A stretch of DNA of 64,000 bases. Source: Tubulanus polymorphus (Eukaryota; Animalia; Nemertea). Position 1 is the first letter of the stretch. Every line of letters begins with the position of its first letter. The translations under genes and the position numbers were made by a program. The notes beneath the pieces are model-generated. The model was given only the letters and a program-made list of their open reading frames with translations, searched no databases and was not told the DNA's origin. Positions 49,501 to 61,000 of this stretch are shown piece by piece. The DNA is taken from contig NC_134029.1 in NCBI RefSeq assembly GCF_964204645.1, positions 24,484,950-24,548,949 on the forward strand. Reading direction: 5' to 3'.

Positions 49501-49661
49501 ATAATGTAGCACACTGAAATTCCTGAATTGTAGTTCATTGAAATGCCAATAGATGGCGATTCTGCCAATGGGTTTCTATTCCATCGTGTGTCAGTATCTG
49601 CAATGATTCTCTTCAGAACAAAGTAAACAAACAATGAGTTTTTGCAGCAGTAAAAACAGTT

Positions 49662-49667
49662 TTTATT
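49662..49667 (-). terminator. Candidate distal poly(A) signal of TMEM131
   Basis: tttatt on + (AATAAA on -), with a downstream T/GT-rich stretch on the minus strand. Confidence 0.45.
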
Positions 49668-51062
49668 ATTTTTATGGCCATAAAAAAGAAGTCTCTAAGT
49701 TGCCATGGGCAACAATGATTTAATCATCATTTTACAATAAATCTTTTGCCACGATAAATGTTCCAGTTCAAATCAGAGATTGTATCGAACAGAATGAGAT
49801 GAGTGACATAAAGAGGGTCAGTTCTATATACATCACTCATTCACAACTCAACTCAACAATTACAACTGATTCTAATACATGAAATTCATTATCTATTTGT
49901 CTGTCAAAATCTTGGAAGAGACAGATTTAACTTCCACACCAAAATAAACGTCTAATTCGAGATTTTTGCTTTTCCCGTTGTTCTGAAAAGTCTTAAATAT
50001 AACAGTCAGCGACGATATCGGGAATGAATTCTCACAGCGTCCAGGCTCCAGAAATTAAAAAATAAATATCATTAAAACAAAATTCCGCTATAATTCTAAT
50101 GTAAATTGAACTATTTACTGAAAGGACTCGCGTCAACTCGACGTGGAGCAGCGCTAAATTCAGAACTTTAAACGCGAAAATTAAAATCCTAGAAATATAA
50201 TCTATTCTAGACTAGAGTCTATCATTTTAAACTTCGTTCTATAGAAAATTAAAAGCCAATTTTGACGCCTGAGAGAAATTCATAAATGATCAATAATTCA
50301 TAAACAATTACATGTTAAACATGCACATGTACATGTGCAGATTGATAATCTGGGTTAATTTATTCGTCTGTATCTGGGTTAAATATAGTCATATATCGGG
50401 TGGTATTTTCTTGTTTATCAGATTCAGAGGTAACACCTCTCTTCTCTCACACCTCTCTCCTCTCCTCTCTCCTCTCACACCTCTCTCCTCTCATCTCCTC
50501 TCTCCTCTTCACTTGAGTTTTAATATATCGTCTTTTTTGTAGTAATGACGTCAGGTTGATTCACTAACTTTATCGCGTTGTGATTCCTGGTGGATCGGGT
50601 GGCTCCGGGTGAACTGCGTCGTGACTCCCGGTGGACTGGGTGGCTCCAGGTCGACTGGATGGCTCCTGGAGGGCAGTGATTGGGCAGATGGGTTTAATAC
50701 AACAATGTAACCCATATAGATATATCTCTGATGACCTAATTCAACTGTTTTGTTCAATGGGTTGATCAAGTAATGATTCTGTAGTTATATCATTATGAGT
50801 CATTCACACCCGACAAGTAAAAACCACACATTTTATGAGAATTTCAAGAGAAATCAACAATTATTGCTTCTTGCAGCAATAATAAATACCGTTAATGGTG
50901 TTGACATGCACATGTCCTCAAGGGTCACATGCACATGTCTTCAGCGGTCACATCTTACTTCACGTCATAGGTAATCAATATTCCGCGCTTTGTGAACGCT
51001 TTAAATCTTTCAGTTTATGAGTTAATACTAATCCAACACCTGTGCATATAAAAGTAGCATAC

Positions 51063-51215
51063 GCATCTGTAACACCTGCGTATCAAACAGTATCTGTAAC
51101 ACCTGGGTAACTAACAGTATCTGTAACACCTGGGTATCTAACAGTATCTGTAACACCTGGGTATCAAACAGTATCTGTAACACCTGGGTATCTAACAGTA
51201 TCTGTAACACCTGCA
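51063..51215. repeat. 27-bp tandem repeat, ~5.5 copies
   Basis: atctgtaacacctgggtatctaacagt repeated. Confidence 0.9.
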
Positions 51216-51348
51216 CGTCTAATACTTTGGCTGTTTTTCTTTTGTGATGACAATTGTAATACATTTTTAACAATACCGCATCTTCTTGATTATTACAAAA
51301 TACTTTCACCTTAAATTTGTGTAATACATTTCTACCTCATCAAATAAC

Positions 51349-51489
51349 AGTAGATTCTCGTAACAGGGGAACCTCATTATAGGGGAACCTCATTACAGGG
51401 GAACCTCGTTATAGTGGAACCTCATTACAGGGGAACCTCGTTATAGTGAAAGCTCATGTGAGTTACATTGTTTTTAAGAGGTTCCACTG
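51349..51489. mobile_element. Degenerate pogo/Tc1-like MITE with internally reiterated TIR motif
   Basis: cagtagattctcgtaa ... ttaagaggttccactg ends. The interior has 16-bp repeats of ag(g/t)ggaacctc(a/g)tta. Confidence 0.45.
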
Positions 51490-52065
51490 TCCTCACATTA
51501 AGAGCGATATCTCTTCTAATTTGTTAAACTGATTGAGTTGCCTCGTTAAGTATTAATTGTATTAATCTGTATATAAGACACAGGCAGATATAAATCCAAC
51601 CGGACTCTTTATTCCAAATAACCCAAACCAGCGCCCAGTTCAACAGTTCTGACTTAACTATGTGACTCTAACTGTCAGAATCAGTTCATTTTCAATGTAA
51701 TTGACACCGTGAAATCAAGAATTGTGAAACTGGTCGCCGATTTCAATCATTTCAACGAAGAATCAGAAACTACTGACTCTCTCTCTTCAAGGATCTCACT
51801 GCCTATGTTTACGATGTAAGTCGTAGTTCAAGAGGCCAATTTTTAAATTGAATCGAATGAAAGGTTTATATATAGCACAATAATGTGTACGTAATACAAC
51901 GATACAACACAACAAACAATAAACAACAATACATCTCACTCTCTATCAGTTTCCATAGCGACCATACGTTATTTATATTCTGTTCGCAAATTTATCGAAT
52001 TGAAGAAGAAAAGTTTGAAATTTCTATGGAAACGGAGAATGAATCATCTGCCCACGAGTTAAAGA

Positions 52066-55000
52066 TTAATCACTGCCCTCGTTAGACCCAGTAGCCCACG
52101 GAGGCATGCCCGGGGGCGCGCTAGTCGTTTGAGGACCCCAGATGTTGGCGAGCGGATTGAAAGGATCGAATCCTACAACAGATGCACGTTGTTGCTGCTG
52201 CTGCTGCTGCTGTTGCTGCTGCTGATAAAATACATAATGAGACAGATTAACATAAACACAACTCATGAGAGACAGTGAGAGAATATACACAGATATCAGA
52301 TAGTTACCTCAACATGGAGAGCATCCAAAACGGGTGAATTACACAACGCATCTCCAGCATCCGCCATCGCCATAGCAGCTGCTGCAGCTGCCGCATCAGC
52401 TGAGTTAGAACCCCAAATATTCGACATTCCCCAACCGTTAGCCGTTTGGTTATTCTGATTGATCAATGGCGGTATGTGTTGGTGATGCGGAGGGGGCGAT
52501 CGCTGAACCGGGTTCGGGGTTCCTAAACTCCACGGGTTTGCCTCCTGTTTAAAATTAATTCAATAATTATTGTACATTCTGTAAAATAAATCTCGACGTA
52601 AATACGCGAAGATGATAAGATATATATATTTACCATCGCGGCGAGAGTAGATGACAGTCCACTAGCCCATGAATCATTAGGAATAAACGGAGCATCCCAC
52701 AAACTCTGACTGACCGGTATCTGTGTCTCAAATCCAGGCCATTCAGACATTCCGTTACGCAATAATCTCTGCTGATATTCGATCAATCTTTTGCGTCTGT
52801 CCGCTTGTAACCTCTGCATCATCGTGATTGGCTGATCGTAAACTGTGTTCAATCCAAATCCCACTATATAAAATATACCGTACACACAATTCAAAATACA
52901 ACATTTCAGAAGACCAGTTGTTTATCAATAAACCAGTCGACATAGTGACTTAATCTAGTATTTACTCACAGTCGACGGGAGCGCCACCTGGTGGTGCATT
53001 ATTGAAGCTATTATCGACGTCGTTGAAACTGTTCATCGATGAATTAAACGACAGTTCGTTCGGCTCAGTTTGTATGATGTTATGAGTGAGCTGAGGTGGC
53101 GCCACCGGTGCCTGCGTGACTAACCCTTGATTCCTGTAATTAAACGTATCGTATAACGATGATCAGTCAGTTACCACGGAGACTGTTTTTCAAACTGACT
53201 GTAAACTGCTGATACTAACAGGAAACAGTCAGGTGTAGTAGGACTACCAGATGAAATACTCCACGGATTCTGTTGTAATGTCTGTTGTTGAGTCGGAGAG
53301 GCGGCCATGTTTGTCGGTTGAGGTTTCTTCATTCCGATCGCTCCTGAAATCAGTAACAATGAAAACAGTTGATATAGATATAAATTTCAAACAGACTAGT
53401 GTAAATAAAGGTTTAATACGCACCAGGGAATGCAGCATCAGTTAAAGGATTATATGTCTTTAAAACACGATTGATCTCCCGTTGCTGCTGCTGCTGTTGC
53501 TGTTGCTGCTGCTGTTGCTGTGGTTGCTGTTGCGGTTGTTGTTTCTTGTTATCGTTACCGCTGACTGCGCTGCTATAGCTACTAGGTGGCGCTGCACCGG
53601 GAGTCAAACTCATATCAGCATTCATCATCATTTGCGGTTGTTGCGCGTTAAGGTTCATCGACTGCAGGTGGCGCTGGTGTTTTAAAGCGAATAGTTCCGT
53701 CTGCTGCGCGAGGTCGGTAAGATCACCTTGAAAAATATGAAATCAATGAATTTCACGAGATGCACAGAGACAGAGAGAGTGGGTGAAGTTTTAAAATTGA
53801 AACAAATGAAAGAAATCTGTAACTACAGTTTAATATTAAATTAAAACATAAAATTCCACCTTCGATTTCAGGTTTTGTATATGATGAAATTAAAAACTGA
53901 TCACTGTGGGAGGTTTGGAGGTCTGGAGGTAATGCGGGAGGTCTGGAGGTAATGCAGGAGATCTGGAGGTCGGGAAGTAAGGAGTTAGCTATCACCATCC
54001 ATTTGTTCTTCCTCAATCACCTGTTTTTATAATTAGACCTCGAGACCTTCACCTCTGACAGCAGCAGAGCCTTTACTGAACCCGAATTCATGCAATCCTC
54101 AATAACATGCAATAATCAATAACAAGCTCTTTACATGTACATGTTACTATCAACATGTACATGTTCCTTAACCAATACTGTTACTTTGTATATAACCTCT
54201 TTGAATCCAACCTCATATTCAGTGCTGCCCATACGAGCCGGTAAGTGGTAATTTCTAGCACCCCGACAATGTCTGCTTAGCATTCGAAACATATTTATGG
54301 TGCAATTATTGATAACAGACTGTAACCCGACCAACCAAACTTCAAAAGTACTGAGTGAAAAATTTTTTCTAGAATTCATTGAAATAAATTTCATGTTTGA
54401 CATAAACCAGCCGACTGCCTGCCTATGTACGGGCTACATGTTTCGTCAGTGCGATTCATCATCTTCAACGGCTCATTGTGAGTCGGGATAACATGAATTT
54501 CTTACCACTTTTAATCTGGGTATTACCACCCCACCATTTTTCTTATGGACAGCACTGCATATTCCGAGTATATATTTTAGGGGGAGGGGGGTTCCCAGGT
54601 GGCCCTAACCATTTAGTTATCTTATATCAAACTTGTACACAGAAGCTTCGCCCATTGTTTTGATTGATATGCAGTATATTGATATATTCGAAGCAATATA
54701 ACTTTTAAATCAGCAATTCTCGTACATGAATATAAGCCCCAACACAAAGCATTGCTAATTAACCAGTCTGTTGAAAGGTCAAGGTCAATGTTACCTGTGC
54801 ACAAGCTCGAATAACTAAAAGGTTAGTGATTGTTATAGAGGTCTTGCAGCTGTGTATGCGCTACAACATATCGTCGTAGGTTAAACCAATAATGATTTAC
54901 AGACCCTTAAAGTTTGTAAATCCCTTGACTATCTTTAGTTGTTATTGTTGACGGCAAATCTTTAGCACAGACGGGCGAACAAACTACGATTTCATGTGCA

Positions 55001-58000
55001 AGACCTCTATAGGCAGGTCAGGTCGCAAGACCTCTAAAGGCAGGTCAGGTAGCAAGACCTCTATAGGCAGGTCAGGTCGCAAGACCTCTATAGGCAGGTC
55101 GGGTCAGGTCGCGTCAGGTCGGGTCAGGTCGCGTCAGGGTATTTATTGTATGGTATTAAAGCATGCTGCAGTATTTAGTGAATTATACCGGGTTGAAGGG
55201 ATATATCACCGGTATCCCATAGTGGCGCCGCCGAGTGGTCACTCACATCACTATCGGTACTAACATCTATTATAAAATACAAACACTCAAAAACTTAATA
55301 TGAAACGATATAAAATACAAGAGAATAGAAATAAGTAAATTCAAAATAAATCAAACTTCGCAAACACAGAAATTCATACACAGTGATTTCGAAAGCTTAG
55401 TTTCGATGAGAAGCAATTCAATTCAAATTCAAACATTCATTCGATCTATTTGTGGATTATTTACGACACGAAAAACAAAGCAACATTCATTACGTTTAGA
55501 CGTAAAGCACGGACAGATATCTGTTAATGCTGATCTCATTTCACAGTTTTATACAGTAAACTATTCAATCTATACATTATCTCATTCTCTATACATTCAA
55601 TCATCACACTTTACACGAAGCTTAAATCTTTTACAAAGTTTATATAAGTTTTTAAGTGAGGGGAGCAGTTAACAGTGGAACCGGTGTTTATAGAATTGAT
55701 AAGTAGTTTTTTTTTAGTAATTGGAACATCGTTTACACATAAAAAACATGCGTCTACAAACATTCACTAACCCCCCCCCCCCCCTCGACAAACTGAAGAT
55801 CACTTACCTGATCCTTTATTCTTATTACGTTTGTTGTTTTTGCTGGATTTTTTACTCAGTTTAATCTCGTCTGATTTAGGTTGTGTATTCTCTTTAGATG
55901 ATGATTCTAGTTTAGTTGTATACGGTAATTCAAGTGAACTGAAAAACAGCAGCATTTCATTCATTAACCCTTTCAGTGCGTCTACACCGCAGTGCAGTGT
56001 ATAAATCAGTGATCGGTTTTGCTAGTACACCACAATGCGGTGTATTGATGTAATTAGTAATTTGTAATTATCTCTATTGAAAAATGGCAGCAAGTGTCAA
56101 ACATAGTGAAATACTAGTAACTAACGATACACCGCACTGCGGTGTAGACGAACTATAGTGGTATTCCCATTGTTCAAACCACTAGGGTGGAATTTTTTAG
56201 AATTTTCAAATTTTCTCCAGCACTATAAGGTATTAATTAGTCAGCACTGAAAGGGTTAAACTTCAACGATTCTAGATTCAATATAGTTAGGCTCGAGCGC
56301 AACCACTATTCATACACTTTTAAAACACTAACACCATTTTCCATATGTACTTAAGAGTTTCATCCAATTTTATGAAATCCCTTGGATTTTCCCCGAGAGT
56401 AATTAGTTTCCTGTCACTGATCACTTGCTCTGCTAGGGCCAGCTGATGTTCAACAGTTCTTGGTGTTTAGAATCACTCAGTTTTTTCAAATGTTTCAACT
56501 GTAGAGTGAAATATCAACCAACTACAAAGAAGCTGAATCCAGAACTGTGGAACTGGGTCCAGAACTGTGGAACTGGATCCAGAACTGTGGAACTGGATCC
56601 AGAACTGTGGAACTGGGTCCAGAACTGTGGAACTGGATCCAGAACTGTGGAACTGGATCCAGAACCTGAACTGGATCCAGAACTGTTGAAATGGATCCAG
56701 AACTGTGGAACTGGATCCAGAACTGTGGAACTGGATCCAAAATTGTGGAACTGGATCCAGAATTGTGGAACTGGATCTAGAATTGCGAAATTGGATCCAG
56801 AACTGTGGAATTAAATCCATAACTGTGGAACTGGGTTTAAAACTATGGAAATGGGTACAGAACTGTGGAATTAAATCCATAACTGTGGAACTGGGTCAAG
56901 AACTATGGAACTGGGTACAGAACTAGAACTGTGGAATTGTATCGTGAGAAGTGGAACCTGGTTGTGGATGTGATATATACCTGGGTCGTAGAATATTTCC
57001 ACCGAATGATTTTTTAGGATCAAGACGCCCGATTTTCTTGTGTGCTTTAGATTTTGTATTCAAAACGAAATCATCGTCTTCATCCTTCGTATCCTCTATT
57101 GCCGCAGCTGATTTATCGCCATGGTGATTCGATGATGATTTGTTTTTCTTATCTTTGCTGATTTTTCGAGTTTTTGTCGGTAAAATTGGTTCCGGGGTCG
57201 AATCACGAGCGCTTGACAACTATAAATACAATTCAATACATTTTATTAATTACAACAATTACAATTTTACAATACATTTAATTCATTATAAGATTAGCAC
57301 AAGTGAATTCTGGAATCAGTTGAATCATCATCCACCCAGTTCCACGGTTCCACAACTCTCAAATCAAACAACCTATAACTGTGGAATTCAGACGGGATTT
57401 TGATCCTGATTTGAATTTATCACAAACCAGTGAGCTGCTATTTCCAATGATTCAGTTTATTTACCTTATCATCATTATCGACACTAGATTCAGTGGTTGT
57501 CGATGAAGTGTCGTCCAACTCATAAACGTCCAATGTTTTAGATCGGAATTCATCTTGTTTCGTTCGACTTTTTCTCTTCATTTTCGGTTTACCTAAAAAA
57601 GAGTGATTTACAGTTTTACAAATTTTTGTTTGTGGCTAATATTTAACTTTGTTCTCTGATTGATTTGTTAAATCTGAATTAAGAGTAGAGTAAATATTAA
57701 CCAGATTCTCTCTTGAAGTCACTGGTTTCATCAAAGTCGTATATCATATTATTATTAGTAGCTGTATTATCAGTAATGAGTAGAGCGTTGTGCAGCTGCT
57801 GCTGCTGCTGGTGCTGGTGCTGGTTATTATCGTGGTGCGTATTTATAGTAATCTGATCGATGCAGTCTACTCCGCTGCTCGCACCAGCCGCCGCCGCTAC
57901 TGTCGTCGTCATCTCCGGTTTAATTGTTGTAATAGTCGGTGTAGTCGTAGTCATGGTAACTGATGAATCTTTTCCGCTGCCCGAGCGTTCTCTGAGATCA

Positions 58001-61000
58001 TTAGATGATTTTTTCGTGTTATTTATTTTATTTTTTTTCGAGCCGGTTGCCCCCGCCGATGAGGAATCAGTCGTTGTCTGGTGTTTAATTCCGTTAATCG
58101 CGACGTGTTGCGACGCGTCTTTTTTCTCGTTAGATCGAGTTGTTCTGTGAACGCTGTTCGGGGTACCCGCGGCCCCCGATGCTCGATTTTTCTCCACGTG
58201 TCCGTTCGATAAATCCGCGATAATCTTCGTCATTTTCGTCGCAGACGACGACGACGACGAATCGGTGGAGGAAGTTTTAACGCCGGCGATTGTTTTTAAA
58301 TCGAATATTTTCGATCTATCGACCCCCCCTCCCCCGGCGCTGCTGTTTCCGTTCTGACTGCGCGAACGACGTAAGATTATATCCGCTGAGAATACGCGAT
58401 CGGCTTCGAAATACGCGGCAGTTAAAACGCAGAACAGCAATAATCCCATACAGGAAGTAATTGAGTAATAAAGTACGGGTTCCCACGGCGGGCGCGGTAG
58501 AGCTGCTGAACAACGTGTTAACATGTGAGCCGGGAGTGTCGCTTGTAGAGAGTAATTAGACACCGGTCCGAGAGTCGTATGAACCGATAAAACACGCTGT
58601 ATTCTAGACATCGTAAAATCAGGCGTAAATCTGAAAATCATAAAATCAATCAACAATCAATCGACAATCAATCGACAATCGTACCGCGTTTCTGACAATT
58701 TCATATATTTTTATACAATATAATGTTTATCTATTCTGACCATTTTGAGATTTATTTAAATCTCTGTTCTTCAAAGAACCAGTTGTAAACATAACTGTTA
58801 CTCTGAAGACCAGAGATTTATGTCGGTATATTCGCCAAAATCGATGATATTCAACTTTTAGTTTATCTATTTGACAGTTTTTGAGACCTTGCATATTTGG
58901 AAAACCAGTAATCAATGTTATTTTCAAAATTATCTGAATATTTCGAAAGGAAAGCTCAGAAACGTTTTCCGAAGATAGAATCTCTTAAGTCAAGATACAG
59001 GTAATAAAATAAAACAAATCTCATGTAGTTGTTAATTTAACGGTGAAACTTACGCAATTTCTATTTTTTGACTACTGTTCGGTTTTAAATCGAATCCTTC
59101 ACAGTTGAGGACGCGGAATCCGAACCCTTCACACGGCTCACCGTTTACATGAAACCCATGAACAAAAAACGGTAATTCTCCGCTGTTTTTTATTATAAAC
59201 GGTCGTTTTACTGTAAAATTCGGTAGAACGCCTTTGTTCTGTCTTTTTTCTGAAAATAAATTTCAAGAGAATATATCACTAAGTGAACCGCCTCTCCAAA
59301 TACTACTAACCTCCCTCTTGCTCCAAACTACTAACCTCCCTCTTGCTCCAAACTACTAACCTCCCTCTTGCTCTAAACTACTAACCTCCCTCTTGCTCCA
59401 AACTACTAACCTCCCTCTTGCTCCAAACTACTAACCTCCCTCTTGCTCTAAACTGCTAACCTCCCTCTTGCTCCAAACTACTAACCTCCCTCTTGCTCTA
59501 AACTACTAACCTCCCTCTTGCTCCAAACTACTAACCTCCCTCTTGCTCTAAACTGCTAACCTCCCTCTTGCTCCAAACTACTAACCTCCCTCTTGCTCCA
59601 AACTACTAACCTCCCTCTTGCTCTAAACTACTAACCTCCCTCTTGCTCTAAACTACTAACCTCCCTCTTGCTCTAAACTACTAACCTCCCTCTTGCTCTA
59701 AACTACTAACCTCCCCCTTGCTTCAAACTACTAACCTCCCTCTTGCTCTAAACTACTAACCTCCCTCTTGCTCTAAACTACTAACCTCCCTCTTGCTCCA
59801 AACTACTAACCTCCCTCTTGCTCTAAACTACTAACCTCCCTCTAACTCTAAACTACTAACCTCCCTCTTGCTCTAAACTACTAACCTCCCTCTTGCTCTA
59901 AACTACTAACCTCCCTCTAACTCTAAACTACTAACCTCCCTCTTGCTCCAAACTACTAACCTCCCTCTTGCTCTAAACTACTAACCTCCCTCTTGCTCTA
60001 AACTACTAACCTCCCTCTTGCTCCAAACTACTAACCTCCCTCTTGCTCTAAACTACTAACCTCCCTCTAACTCTAAACTACTAACCTCCCTCTTGCTCTA
60101 AACTACTAACCTCCCTCTTGCTCTAAACTACTAACCTCCCTCTTGCTCTAAACTACTAACCTCCCTCTAACTCTAAACTACTAACCTCCCTCTAACTCTA
60201 AACTACTAACCTCCCTCTAACTCTAAACTACTAACCTCCCTCTTGCTCTAAACTACTAACCTCCCCCTTGCTCTAAACTACTAACCTCCCTCTTGCTCTA
60301 AACTACTAACCTCCCTCTTGCTCCAAACTACTAACCTCCCTCTTGCTCTAAACTACTAACCTCCCTCTAACTCTAAACTACTAACCTCCCTCTTGCTCCA
60401 AACTACTAACCTCCCTCTTGCTCCAAACTACTAACCTCCCTCTTGCTCTAAACTACTAACCTCCCTCTTGCTCCAAACTACTAACCTCCCTCTTGCTCCA
60501 AACTACTAACCTCCCTCTTGCTCTAAACTACTAACCTCCCTCTTGCTCTAAACTACTAACCTCCCCCTTGCTCTAAACTACTAACCTCCCTCTAACTCTA
60601 AACTACTAACCTCCCTCTTGCTCTAAACTACTAACCTCCCTCTTGCTCTAAACTACTAACCTCCCCCTTGCTCTAAACTACTAACCTCCCTCTTGCTCCA
60701 AACTACTAACCTCCCTCTTGCTCTAAACTACTAACCTCCCCCTTGCTCTAAACTACTAACCTCCCTCTTGCTCTAAACTACTAACCTCCCTCTTGCTCTA
60801 AACTACTAACCTCCCTCTTGCTCCAAACTACTAACCTCCCTCTTGCTCTAAACTACTAACCTCCCCCTTGCTCCAAACTACTAACCTCCCTCTTGCTCTA
60901 AACTACTAACCTCCCTCTTGCTCTAAACTACTAACCTCCCTCTTGCTCCAAACTACTAACCTCCCTCTTGCTCTAAACTACTAACCTCCCTCTTGCTCTA

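Larger units (their letters stand above)
44738..49559. mobile_element. Foldback-like composite inverted-repeat element (~4.8 kb, non-coding)
   Basis: Termini tcgccatctattgg ... ccaatagatggcga. Arms are 39-bp tandem arrays in opposite orientation. No TSD or transposase seen, so mobility is unproven. Confidence 0.6.

Noticed and set aside
52980-53690. CTCF-like ggtggcgc motifs
   Set aside because: They lie in TMEM131 coding exons and are explained by Ala-Pro-Pro codons, so they were not counted as regulatory.
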